64,000 nucleotides of DNA from Myxococcota bacterium (lineage in GTDB: Bacteria; Myxococcota_A; UBA9160; SZUA-336). The stretch is from NCBI GenBank assembly GCA_965247115.1, contig CBDFGR010000002.1, forward strand, positions 1,472,001 to 1,536,000, in the 5' to 3' direction. Positions 48,612 to 58,451 of this stretch are shown one piece after another. The notes beneath the pieces were generated by a model. The model saw nothing but the letters and a program-made list of their open reading frames with translations. It had not been told where the DNA came from and ran no database searches. The stretch's first letter is position 1; each line of letters begins with the position of its first letter. The translations under genes and the position numbers were made by a program.

Positions 48612-50416
48612 TCGTCCGCGCTCTCGGTGACCACGCCGCGCAGCCGGATGCCGAGCTCCTGCAGCTGCTGGCCGGTCACGCTGCTGGGCGACTCCATGAA
48701 CATGTCCTGCCCGCGCTGCGTCTTCGGGAAGGCAATCACGTCGCGAAGACTGTCGCCGCCAGCGAGCAGCAGGCAGAGGCGGTCGAGGCCGAACGCGAAG
48801 CCCCCGTGCGGAGGGGCGCCGGTCTCGAGCGCCTCGAGCATGAAGCCGAAGCGCGCGCGCGCCTCGGCTTCGGGATAACCGAGCAGCTCGAGGATCTTCA
48901 GCTGCACGTCGGAGCGATGGTTCCTCAGGCTGCCGGAGCCCAGCTCTACGCCGTTCAGCACCAGGTCGTAGTGGGTCGTCTTGACCCGAAGCGGCTCGGA
49001 GTCGAGCAGCGGGATGTCTTGCTCTTCAGGTGCGACGAAGGGCATGTGCATGGGTGTGAGTCCGCCGCCCTCCGCCTCCTCGAAGAGCGGGAAGCCGAGC
49101 ACGAAGTGTACGTCCCAGAGACGGCCGTCGGTGCGCCCGAGGCGCTCGCCAAGCTCGACCCGCAGCCGCCCCAATACGTCGCTCACCAGGGCGGGCCGGT
49201 CGGCGCAGAACAGGAGCACGTGCCCGGGCTCCAGGCCAGCGCGTCCAGCGATCGCGCTGCGCTCCTCCTCGCTCAGGAACTTCGCGATCGGGGAGGCCCA
49301 GGAGCCGTCCTCCTTGACCCGCACCCAGGCCAGACCGCGCGCTCCCCACTTGCGGGCCTGCTCGCCAAGCCGGTCCAGGTCGCTCCTGGTCACCTCATCG
49401 GCGCGCGGGAGCGGGAGCCCTCGTACCACGCCCCCGCGCTCTATGGCGGAGGCGAACACCTCGAAGCCACTCTCTGCGACGACATCCGAGAAGTCGACGA
49501 GCTCGAGCTGGATGCGGCGATCCGGTCGATCCGAACCGTAGCGCGACATGGCCTCTTCGTAGCTGATGCGATCGAAGGGGCGCGGTAGCTCGACCCCTAC
49601 CACGTCCTGGAGCGCGCAGGCGGTGATCTCTTCCAGCACCTGCAGCACCTCGGCAACACCGACAAACGACAACTCGAGGTCGAGCTGCGTGAACTCGAGC
49701 TGGCGGTCGGCGCGCTGGTCCTCGTCACGAAAGCAACGTGCGATCTGAAAGTAGCTGTCGAATCCGGCGACCATTAGCATCTGCTTCATGATCTGCGGAG
49801 ACTGCGGCAGCGCGTAGAAGCTGCCGTGCTGAAGCCGACTCGGGACCAGGAAGTCCCTGGCGCCCTCGGGCGTGGCCCGCGCGAGCAGCGGCGTCTCTAT
49901 CTCGTACATGCCAAGGCTCGTGCACGTGCGACGCAATGACTGCAGCAGCCGGTGCCGCAGCTCGAGCCGACGCTGCATGACTGGGCGCCGCAGCTCGTGG
50001 ATCCGATGCCGTAGCCTGACGGCATCTTCCACCACCGTGTCGTCCTCGAGAGTGAACGGCGGCGTTGCCGCCGTGTTCAGGATCCGCACCTCGTCCGCGA
50101 TCAGCTCGACCTCGCCCGTCGGGAGCTTGGTATTGATCGCGTCGTCGGCACGCCGCTCGAGACGTCCGCGTACGGCCAGGACCCACTCGGAGCGGATTTG
50201 CTGCGCCCGCTCGTGCGCCTCGGGCGCGTTGTCAGGTTTGAACACCACCTGGGCAATGCCGGTGCGATCGCGCAGGTCGATGAAGACGACTCCGCCGTGA
50301 TCTCTGCGGCGTCTTACCCAGCCACACAGGGTGACTTGCTGCCCGACTCGTTCCGCGCGCACCTCGCCACAGAATTGTGTGCGACGCAAAGTTCCTAAGG
50401 GATCGAGCTGCACCAC
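48608..50416 (-). CDS. aspS: Aspartate--tRNA ligase
   Basis: RRDHGGVVFIDLRD, TPEGARDF, YALPQSPQ, CFRDED and GAPPHGG. Confidence 0.95.
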   Translation of the reverse strand: MVQLDPLGTLRRTQFCGEVRAERVGQQVTLCGWVRRRRDHGGVVFIDLRDRTGIAQVVFKPDNAPEAHERAQQIRSEWVLAVRGRLERRADDAINTKLPTGEVELIADEVRILNTAATPPFTLEDDTVVEDAVRLRHRIHELRRPVMQRRLELRHRLLQSLRRTCTSLGMYEIETPLLARATPEGARDFLVPSRLQHGSFYALPQSPQIMKQMLMVAGFDSYFQIARCFRDEDQRADRQLEFTQLDLELSFVGVAEVLQVLEEITACALQDVVGVELPRPFDRISYEEAMSRYGSDRPDRRIQLELVDFSDVVAESGFEVFASAIERGGVVRGLPLPRADEVTRSDLDRLGEQARKWGARGLAWVRVKEDGSWASPIAKFLSEEERSAIAGRAGLEPGHVLLFCADRPALVSDVLGRLRVELGERLGRTDGRLWDVHFVLGFPLFEEAEGGGLTPMHMPFVAPEEQDIPLLDSEPLRVKTTHYDLVLNGVELGSGSLRNHRSDVQLKILELLGYPEAEARARFGFMLEALETGAPPHGGFAFGLDRLCLLLAGGDSLRDVIAFPKTQRGQDMFMESPSSVTGQQLQELGIRLRGVVTESADE

Positions 50417-50450
50417 CGCAGGCGGAGCCTACCAACCGCTCCCGACGCGG

Positions 50451-51866
50451 TCAAAAAAGACCTGGCAGCGGTCCGGGGTCGCTGAGCTCGTTGGCCGAGC
50501 AGACCTTGTTCCTGCCGAGCGCCTTGCCCAGGTACATCGCCTTGTCGGCGAGATCGAGGATCATCTCGGACGTTTCGCCGTTACCGGGGAAGCTGGCGAC
50601 ACCGATGCTGAGCGTCAGGCTGAGCTGCAGCCCTCGTTCTGCTCCGAACCGAGCGTCCTCCACGCTCCGGCGTATGCGCTCCGCGACCTCTAGCGCCTTG
50701 TCCTGGTCTGTGTCCGCCAGCAGGATCGTGAATTCGTCGCCGCCGTAGCGCCCGACGGTATCGATCGCCCGAATCTGCTTGTGCAGGAGCTGGCCGAGCT
50801 CCATCAGCACGCGCGAGCCCACCAGGTGTCCGAACTGGTCATTCACGTTCTTGAAGCGGTCCAGGTCCAGGAACAGCACGCTCAGCTGGCTGTGCGCGCG
50901 GGTGGCCCGGCTGACCTCTCGATCGAGGGCGGAGAGCAGGTAGCGTGCGTTGTAGAGCCCGGTCACGTCATCCACGAACGCGCGCTCGCGCGCCTGGACG
51001 AAGCGGTCTGCGTTGATAAGGGCCAGCTCGGACTGGGTGGCCACGAGCTCCCCGCGACGGGTCTCATCGGGCGTAAAGGCCCGGCCCTCCGGGAGCACCC
51101 AGATGCCCCCGGCAACGTGACCGTCGAGACACACGGGTAGACTCAGGATCTCCTCCCCCTCGGCCAAGCAGCCAAGCTGAGTCAGGAGCGCCTGGCTCGA
51201 CGCGTCACATCCGCCCTCGGACTCGAGCGCGCCGAGATCGAACAGCTTGTCGCGCTGGATGGAATCCCGCAGCTCGGGGACCCCTTCCACGGGAAAGCCC
51301 CTGAGGTGAACACCCTCCGAGGGACGGGCTTGCTCACCGTACGCGAGTCTCCCGATGGCCATGGAACGGCTCACGACTCGGAGGACGATGTCCAGAGCCA
51401 GGGGCAGCACGTCGGATGTCTCGAGGCAGGAGGCGAGGCTTCGTGTGGCCTCGAAAGCCTGGATGCAGCCACGCAGGGCTTCGTTCTCCGAGAGGAGATG
51501 TCGGCGCAGCAAGGTGCGCTTGACGCAGTAGACGATCTCTGGCGCGGTGACGGGCTTGCGCAGGAAGTCCGCAGCGCCCAGCCGCATGGCCTGGAGAGCG
51601 CTTTCCAGCGAGGCGTAGCCCGTCAGGACCACCACTTCGGTCGACGGCCAGTCCCGCCGCACCTGCTCCATCAGCTCGAAGCCGTCCATCTCGCGCATGG
51701 AGAGGTCCGTCAGGAGCAGCTCGACCGCGCCATTGCGACCCAGCCATTCCAGGGCTTCCATCCCGGAGGTCGCGAGGTGTACTCGGAAGCCCTCCTGCGC
51801 AAGGGCGTCCCGCGTCATTTCGCGAATCAGTAGATCATCGTCGACGACCAGAACTCGCCTGCTCAC
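50451..51866 (-). CDS. Response regulator-GGDEF dinucleotide cyclase, Hypr/GacA type
   Basis: N-terminal REC domain (VDDD, TD, KP); GGDEF intact; FKNVNDQFGHLVGS has Ser at the usual Asp position. Confidence 0.88.
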   Translation of the reverse strand: MSRRVLVVDDDLLIREMTRDALAQEGFRVHLATSGMEALEWLGRNGAVELLLTDLSMREMDGFELMEQVRRDWPSTEVVVLTGYASLESALQAMRLGAADFLRKPVTAPEIVYCVKRTLLRRHLLSENEALRGCIQAFEATRSLASCLETSDVLPLALDIVLRVVSRSMAIGRLAYGEQARPSEGVHLRGFPVEGVPELRDSIQRDKLFDLGALESEGGCDASSQALLTQLGCLAEGEEILSLPVCLDGHVAGGIWVLPEGRAFTPDETRRGELVATQSELALINADRFVQARERAFVDDVTGLYNARYLLSALDREVSRATRAHSQLSVLFLDLDRFKNVNDQFGHLVGSRVLMELGQLLHKQIRAIDTVGRYGGDEFTILLADTDQDKALEVAERIRRSVEDARFGAERGLQLSLTLSIGVASFPGNGETSEMILDLADKAMYLGKALGRNKVCSANELSDPGPLPGLF

Positions 51867-51943
51867 CAGATGGGCCCCTGGACAGTCCGTCCCATCGCGC
51901 TCTTTCGGCGAGCACTGCCTTTACCCTTAGGGGTGGCGCAGCC

Positions 51944-53131
51944 CTACTTGCGGAGCCTGAGTCGGAGGGCGTTCAGGCGGATGAAGCCGGTGGCGTCGCG
52001 CTGGTCGTAGCTGTCATCGGCCTCGAAGCTCGCGATGTCCTCTCGGTAGAGCGTGTTCGGGGACTTGCGACCCAGAATCGAGACGGCGCCCTTGTACAGG
52101 CGCACGCGCACGGTGCCGGTGACGAGCTCCTGGCTGTGCGCGACGGCTGCGCGCAAGAACTCCAGCTCCGGAGAGAACCAGAAGCCATTGTAGATCAGCT
52201 GCGCGATGCGCGGGATGAGGCGATCCCGCTCCAGCAGGACCTCGCGATCGACGCTGATCGACTCGAGTGCCCTGTGGGCCGCGTGAAGAACTGTCCCGCC
52301 TGGCGTCTCGTAGACCCCCCTCGCCTTCATGCCCACCGCCCTGCTCTCGACGATGTCCACGCGGCCGACCCCGTGTGACGCCCCCAGCAGGTTGAGCCTC
52401 TCCAACAGCTCGACCGGCCCCAGACGCTCCCCCTCGACCCGCACCGGGGCTCCCGCCTCGAAGTCAATCTCGAGCTCGGCAGGTCGGTCTGGCGCGTCTA
52501 CAGGGGACGTCGTCCACTCGAACATGGCCTCGTCCGGCGAGCGCCAGGGATCCTCGAGGACGCCACCTTCGTAGCTGATGTGGAAGAGGTTGCGGTCGAT
52601 CGAGTACGGCTGCTCGAGCGACGCCTCGACGGGGATGTCGAACTTGTCCGCGTAGCTCAGGAGCTCAGTCCGTCCGCGCAGGTCCCACTCGCGCCACGGG
52701 GCGATGATCTTGAGCTCAGGAGCGAGCGCCTGGAAAGCCAGCTCGAAGCGCAGCTGGTCGTTCCCCTTCCCGGTGCACCCGTGCGAGAGCGCATCCGCCC
52801 CGAACTCCCGAGCCACCCTCACCATCTCCTTGGCCAGAACGGGTCGCGCGAGCGAGGTCCCCAGCAGGTAGCTGCCCTCGTAGACGGCGCCAGACTGGAT
52901 CGCGAAGTAGCAGAAGTCGCGTACGAACTCCTCGCGCAGGTCCGACACGACGCACTCCACGGCGCCCGTGTCGAGGGCCTTCTTGCGGACGGCATCGAGG
53001 TCTTCGGCCTGGCCGACGTTCCCGCACCACGCGACCACCTCGGCACCGTAGGTCTCGATCAGCCACGTGAGGATCACGGAGGTATCGAGCCCGCCGGAGT
53101 AGGCCAGCAGGATGCGCTTTACGTCCGACAT
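51944..53131 (-). CDS. argG: Argininosuccinate synthase
   Basis: LAYSGGLDTS, YLLGTSLARP, HGCTGKGNDQ and RGVYETPG. Confidence 0.96.
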   Translation of the reverse strand: MSDVKRILLAYSGGLDTSVILTWLIETYGAEVVAWCGNVGQAEDLDAVRKKALDTGAVECVVSDLREEFVRDFCYFAIQSGAVYEGSYLLGTSLARPVLAKEMVRVAREFGADALSHGCTGKGNDQLRFELAFQALAPELKIIAPWREWDLRGRTELLSYADKFDIPVEASLEQPYSIDRNLFHISYEGGVLEDPWRSPDEAMFEWTTSPVDAPDRPAELEIDFEAGAPVRVEGERLGPVELLERLNLLGASHGVGRVDIVESRAVGMKARGVYETPGGTVLHAAHRALESISVDREVLLERDRLIPRIAQLIYNGFWFSPELEFLRAAVAHSQELVTGTVRVRLYKGAVSILGRKSPNTLYREDIASFEADDSYDQRDATGFIRLNALRLRLRK

Positions 53132-53185
53132 CGTGGCGCATGATAGCCGGCTGGCCGGGGTGACGCGACGCCGCGTCGCGTCGGT

Positions 53186-53917
53186 TCAGGCGACGATCTT
53201 CTCACGGATCAGGCGCGCCAGCACCTCGAGCGTTCGTTGTCGGCTGCAGGTCGACAGGCTGAGCAGGTCGCCGATCGACACCTTGCCGTCGATCTGCGAG
53301 AGCATGTGGCCTTCCTCTCGGTCGAGCTTCAGCTTCAGCATCTCCTCGGTCGTGCAGTTCAGCTGCAGCGCGCGTCCCTGGTCTCCGATCTGCTTCGACC
53401 ACTTCTCGGCGCGCGCGTTGCCGACCAGCTGCAAGTAGCCCTGTACGTCGAGACGCTCCGAGTCGACCTTGGAGACCTTTTCGAGGTTCTTCCAGGCGTG
53501 ATCCAGCTCGCCGATCTTGTACGCTGCGAGCGCATCCGCGATCAGCTCCTCGTGGTCCTCTGACTTCACGACAACGACGTCGCCGATCGCTCGCGTCAGC
53601 GAGATCTCGTTGGGGTCCGGCGCATCGTCAGTCAGCTCGAATTAGGAGAAGGGCGTGGAATCATCGTCGAGCGCATCCGCCCCGAGCTCCTCGAGCTCCA
53701 CGAATTCCTCGACTTCCTCGACTTCCTCGACCTCCGCCACCTCCAGATCTCGTTCCTGGTACGCGTTGGCAAGGTAATCGTGGATGGCGTTGTTCTCCGG
53801 GTCGATCGCCCGCGCTCGCTCCCAGCAATCGATCGCAGCCTCGAGGTTGCTCAGCCCGTAGTGGTTGAGTCCCCGCTTGAGCAGGCGCGTAACCTCCTTG
53901 TTGCGATCCGCGGCCAA
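53186..53917 (-). pseudogene. TPR protein with acidic linker and winged-helix-like C-terminus, interrupted by one in-frame TAA
   Basis: ORFs 53642-53917 and 53186-53569 share a frame; the sequence after TAA (53642-53644) continues open as FELTDDAPDPNEIS... Confidence 0.65.
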
Positions 53918-53921
53918 GCTC

Positions 53922-55484
53922 TCAGCCCTTGACTTGGACCGCGTACTCGGACGAGAGCTTCTCGACCTCTTCCTCGCTGAGCGCGCCGCGGGGGTTGACC
54001 TGGATCGATTGAGCCTGGTTCGTTGCGAGGTCCTTCGCAGAGACGCTCACGATCCCGTTCGCATCGATGTCGAAGCACACCGAAACCTCGCACTCCCCCT
54101 TGGGAGCCGGGATGATCCCCGAGAGGATGAACTCGCCCAGCAGGTCGTTCTCGTCGGCTCGTTCGCCCTCGCCCTGGAGCACTCGAACCTTGACCGCCGT
54201 CTGATTGTCCCGAGTCGTGGTGAAGATCTCCTTTCGAGACGTGGGCACCTTGGTGTTGCGCTCGATCAGCCTTGCGAAGTGGCCACCGAAGGTCGCGATT
54301 CCGAGCGAGAGCGGCGTCACATCGATCAGCAGCGGGCTCTCGCTTCCCTCGGTCAGCATCGCGGCCTGGATGGCGGCTCCGATCCCCACGACCTCGTCGG
54401 CGTTGACACCCTTGTGCGGTGGCTTTCCAAAGAACTCGGTGACGAGCCTCTGCACGAGCGGAGTGCGGGTCTGCCCACCGACGAGCAGTACCTGATCGAT
54501 GTCCGCCACTCCCAGGTTCGCGTCTTCCAGCACCCTCTCGCAGATGGTCTGCGTGCGGGCGACGATGTCGGTGATCAGCTCCTCGAACTTGGCGCGGTCC
54601 AGCAGCATGCTCATGTGCAGGGGCTGCTCATCGGCGTTCGCCGCAATGAACGGCAGGTTGATCTCCGTCGACTGGACCTGCGACAGATCACACTTGGCTT
54701 TTTCCGCCGCGTCTTTCAGGCGCTGCAGGGCCATGATGTCGTCGCTGAGGTCAACGCCTTCCTTGTCCGCGAAGACGTCGATGAAGTGCTGAACAAGACG
54801 CAGATCGAAGTCCTCTCCCCCAAGGCACGTGTCGCCGGAGGTGGCAAGCACCTCGATCAGTCCGGAGCCCAGCTGCAGAATCGAGATGTCGAACGTGCCC
54901 CCACCCAGATCGTACACGGCGATGTGCTCGTTTTGGTCGCGGCCCAGACCGTAGGCGAGGGCCGCCGCCGTCGGCTCGTTGATGATGCGCAACACTTCCA
55001 GCCCCGCGACACGCCCCGAGTCCCGCGTCATCTGGCGCTGGGAATCGTTGAAGTAGGCGGGAACGGTGATGACCGCCTCCTGGACGCTGTCCCCGAGATA
55101 CTCCTCCGCCACGCGCTTCATCTCCCGGAGCACGATCCCCGAGATCTCAGACGTCGTGTAGACGCGCCCGGCAATCTGAATGCGCGTATCCCCGTTCGGT
55201 CCCTCGACCACATCGTAGGGAAGGAGCTCCTTGGCGCGCACCACCTCTTCCGAGTCAAAGCTCCGGCCGATCAGTCGCTTGGCGGCATACACCGTGTTTC
55301 GGGCATTCGTCACCGCCTGCCGCTTTGCCAGATGACCCACCAGCCGCTTGCCCTCCTCGGTCACGGCAAAGATCGACGGTGTGGTCTTGTAGCCGCCCGT
55401 GTTCGGGATGACGACAGGCTGGCCGTCCTCCATGACCGCAACGCAGGAGTTCGTCGTCCCGAGATCTATTCCGACTACTCCCAA
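53922..55484 (-). CDS. Hsp70/DnaK paralog lacking the helical lid
   Basis: [37 protein letters not shown] and DVTPLSLG; ends at 520 aa just after the first lid helix. Confidence 0.9.
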   Translation of the reverse strand: MGVVGIDLGTTNSCVAVMEDGQPVVIPNTGGYKTTPSIFAVTEEGKRLVGHLAKRQAVTNARNTVYAAKRLIGRSFDSEEVVRAKELLPYDVVEGPNGDTRIQIAGRVYTTSEISGIVLREMKRVAEEYLGDSVQEAVITVPAYFNDSQRQMTRDSGRVAGLEVLRIINEPTAAALAYGLGRDQNEHIAVYDLGGGTFDISILQLGSGLIEVLATSGDTCLGGEDFDLRLVQHFIDVFADKEGVDLSDDIMALQRLKDAAEKAKCDLSQVQSTEINLPFIAANADEQPLHMSMLLDRAKFEELITDIVARTQTICERVLEDANLGVADIDQVLLVGGQTRTPLVQRLVTEFFGKPPHKGVNADEVVGIGAAIQAAMLTEGSESPLLIDVTPLSLGIATFGGHFARLIERNTKVPTSRKEIFTTTRDNQTAVKVRVLQGEGERADENDLLGEFILSGIIPAPKGECEVSVCFDIDANGIVSVSAKDLATNQAQSIQVNPRGALSEEEVEKLSSEYAVQVKG

Positions 55485-55505
55485 TCTCTGTGCTCCTTTT
55501 TCGGC

Positions 55506-56522
55506 CTAGAGTGTCTGCAGCTCGGCCCGGACTTCTCGATCCATCGGATCCAGCTCCCACGCCCGCTGCAGGTACTTGCGCGCCGACGCGACCTTGCCGA
55601 GCTGCTTGAAGATCTGGCCGAGTACCTTGAGCGAATTGACCGAGTCTCCATCCAGCGAGATCGCCCGCTCCGCAAACGTTCGGGCCGTCTTGAGGTCTCG
55701 TTCCTTGAGCAAGAGCTCTGCTACCGTCGCCGCCAGCTCGGCATCGGTAGGTCGCAGCTGCGACGCCTCCGAGAGCATCTCGATCGCGTTCTTGCGTTCA
55801 CCTCGCTTCAGCATGGCGCGCCCGCGCGCCAGCGCTTCGTCCCCACGCGCGGCATTCGCCTGGATCACCACCTCGGCGAGCTCGTCGTGGATCGTCGTAT
55901 CCCGCGGGTCGAAGGCCAGCGCGTGCTTGAGAAGCGAGGCGGCTCGCTCCCAGTTCCCCGCCTCCTTGTGCTCCAGTGCCTCGTCGACGTGCCGCTTGGC
56001 TCTCGAGCGACTCTGCTTCAGCCGCCGCTCCAGGATCTCCAGCTGGCCCTTCGGGGAGCGCAGACCTTTCCTGTCGCGCAGCGACGGACCGCCGGTCGGC
56101 TGTGCAGTAGACGTGGCGTCGCGCGTCGGGTCCTCGTCGGCAGACGACTGGCTCTTCGAGGGAGCTCGGTCTTTTCTCGGTCCGCCCTCGTTGAGCAGCC
56201 GGTCGTAGCTCTGGCGGAGGGAGGGGTCCCGCAGAACGTCGTTCGCTGCAACTACGCGCTTGTAGATCTCGGTCAGCAGGGGCCCGTACATGCCTGTCTG
56301 CTTGTTGAAGTACCGATCGGGATGGAAGCGCTTGGAGCACTCGAAGAAGGCGTCGCGGACCGCGGCGTCGTCCACGTCAGGCTCCAGGCCTAGCAGCTCG
56401 TAGTAGTTGAGGGCGGGCAGAGCGCGAGCGAGGTCGCGGAGCTCAGCCTGGAACTCCGAAGACAGATCGACGGCCTCGTTGGCCGCCGCTTGTCCCGAAG
56501 AGCCTTCCCCGCTTTCGCTCAT
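55506..56522 (-). CDS. J-domain protein with C-terminal TPRs
   Basis: NYYELLGL...SKRFHPDRY (HPD motif); TPR-like repeats ending ARKYLQRAWELDP. Confidence 0.88.
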   Translation of the reverse strand: MSESGEGSSGQAAANEAVDLSSEFQAELRDLARALPALNYYELLGLEPDVDDAAVRDAFFECSKRFHPDRYFNKQTGMYGPLLTEIYKRVVAANDVLRDPSLRQSYDRLLNEGGPRKDRAPSKSQSSADEDPTRDATSTAQPTGGPSLRDRKGLRSPKGQLEILERRLKQSRSRAKRHVDEALEHKEAGNWERAASLLKHALAFDPRDTTIHDELAEVVIQANAARGDEALARGRAMLKRGERKNAIEMLSEASQLRPTDAELAATVAELLLKERDLKTARTFAERAISLDGDSVNSLKVLGQIFKQLGKVASARKYLQRAWELDPMDREVRAELQTL

Positions 56523-56650
56523 ACTTCACCCACTCGGATACGCACCGGATCCCCAAAGCTATCGGGAACACTGGCGGGAAAGTTGAGCCAGTCTGGCGGC
56601 GGCGGACGTCGCTGACACGTCCTCCGCAGCGTTGGCCAGGACGGGAATTG

Positions 56651-57616
56651 CTACGCGAGCAGCCGCTCCAGGATCGCCTTTTGCGCGTGCAGGCGGTTCT
56701 CGGCCTGGTCGAACACGAGCGAGCGCTCGGATTCGAAAACCTCGGCCGTGATCTCCTCACCCCGGTGGGCCGGCAGGCAGTGGAGGATCCGAACGGACCC
56801 GGGTGCGGCGCGCAGGAGCGTGTCGTTGAGCTGATATGGCGCGAAGACCGAGCGACGCTCGGCCGCCTCGTCCTCTCTGCCCATGCTCGCCCAGACGTCC
56901 GTGTAGAGAAATGACGCATCCTTGACCGCCGCCTGGGGATCGTGCGAGAGGTGGATCTCCGCCCCAGAGGTCCTGGCGAGCTCGGCGCCGCGCCGAACGA
57001 TGGCTGGATCCGGGGCGTAGTCCGGGGGCGTACAGACCGTGAGCTTCATTCCCAGGCGCCCGGCCAGGTGGATTAGCGAGTGGGCCACATTGTTCCCGTC
57101 GCCGATGTAGACCACGAGATCCTGGCGGAGGTCTCCGTTCTCACGGATCGTAAGCGCATCTGCCATGGCCTGGCACGGATGCAGCAGGTCGGTCAACCCG
57201 TTCACGACGGGGACACTGCCCCAGCTCGCGAGTTTCTCTACCATGTCATGACCGAAGGTTCGCGCGACGATGCCGTGACACCAGCGCGACAGGTTGCGGG
57301 CGACGTCCTCGATAGGCTCGCGTTCTCCGATGTTCACCTGGCCCGTCGGTAGCTGTAGCGCGTGCGCGCCGAGCTCGGAGATGCCCACCTCGAACGTGAC
57401 AAAGGTGCGCAGGCTCGGCTTCTCGAAGTAGAGCAGGATCGACAAGCCCTGCAGCGAGCGGACCGTCTCGCGTCGGGCACGGCTGACCTTGAGCTCGCCA
57501 GCCCGCTCCAGCATCTTCTCGAGCTCGTCGCGCGGCCAGTCGGCGATCGAGAGGAAGCTGGTGGGGACCTTCTCGGTGTCACCTAACGCGGACAAGCTTT
57601 GTTCCCACGCCTCCAT
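56651..57616 (-). CDS. argF: Ornithine carbamoyltransferase (start uncertain)
   Basis: [30 protein letters not shown] and QAENR. Confidence 0.9.
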   Translation of the reverse strand: MEAWEQSLSALGDTEKVPTSFLSIADWPRDELEKMLERAGELKVSRARRETVRSLQGLSILLYFEKPSLRTFVTFEVGISELGAHALQLPTGQVNIGEREPIEDVARNLSRWCHGIVARTFGHDMVEKLASWGSVPVVNGLTDLLHPCQAMADALTIRENGDLRQDLVVYIGDGNNVAHSLIHLAGRLGMKLTVCTPPDYAPDPAIVRRGAELARTSGAEIHLSHDPQAAVKDASFLYTDVWASMGREDEAAERRSVFAPYQLNDTLLRAAPGSVRILHCLPAHRGEEITAEVFESERSLVFDQAENRLHAQKAILERLLA

Positions 57617-58439
57617 CCGTGAATATCTCGAGCAATAGCGCGTGCGAGACGCGGCCGTCAATGACGTGGGCTGACGTTACCGTGCCCTCGAGCCCACTGA
57701 TGCAGCACTCGAGCTTGGGGATCATTCCCCCTTGTACGCTGCCGTCGGCGATCGCTGCCAGCGCCTCAGCGCTCGTCATTAAGGTCCGCAAGACCCCGTT
57801 TTCGTCGAGCACTCCTTCCACGTCGGTGACGAGGATCAGCTTCTCGGCCCCTACGGCCTCCGCGATCCCGGCAGCCGCAACGTCTGCGTTCACGTTGTAG
57901 GTGCGACCCTCCGTATCGAGTCCGATCGGCGCAATGACGGGAATGAGGCCGCTGCGCGTCATGGTGGTGATCAAGCTCTCGTCGATGTGCTCGGGAGTCC
58001 CCACCCGCCCCAGGTCTTCGCCCGATGGCAGCTTGAGGGGACGCACGCGCATCAGCTCCCCGTCCTTGCCCGTCAAGCCCACTGCCCGACCACCGGCGCG
58101 GCCAATCAGCGAGACGATCTCCGCATTGACATGTCCGCCCAGCACCATCTCGACGACGTCCATGGTCTCTTCGTCGGTGACCCGCATGCCGTCGACAAAG
58201 CGGGTCTCTTTGCCGAGCCGCTTTAGCATGTCACCGATCTGCGGACCACCACCGTGGATGATGACCGGGCGCAGCCCGATGTAGCGCAGAAGTGTGACGT
58301 CAGTCGCAAACGAGGCCTTGAGCTCTGCATCGAGCATCGCCGCGCCGCCGTACTTGATGACGATGGTCTTGTCGTAGAACGCTCGGATGTACGGCAGCGC
58401 CTCTACCAGGACGCCGGCCTTCTCGATCAGCTTCTCCAT
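57579..58439 (-). CDS. argB: Acetylglutamate kinase
   Basis: [22 protein letters not shown] and GGMIPK. Confidence 0.95.
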   Translation of the reverse strand: MEKLIEKAGVLVEALPYIRAFYDKTIVIKYGGAAMLDAELKASFATDVTLLRYIGLRPVIIHGGGPQIGDMLKRLGKETRFVDGMRVTDEETMDVVEMVLGGHVNAEIVSLIGRAGGRAVGLTGKDGELMRVRPLKLPSGEDLGRVGTPEHIDESLITTMTRSGLIPVIAPIGLDTEGRTYNVNADVAAAGIAEAVGAEKLILVTDVEGVLDENGVLRTLMTSAEALAAIADGSVQGGMIPKLECCISGLEGTVTSAHVIDGRVSHALLLEIFTDGGVGTKLVRVR

Positions 58440-58451
58440 CAGCTTCCGCGC

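Noticed and set aside
53700..53745. 9-nt tandem repeat (TTCCTCGAC) as a contingency locus
   Set aside because: It encodes an in-frame EEV acidic linker; unit length is a multiple of three.
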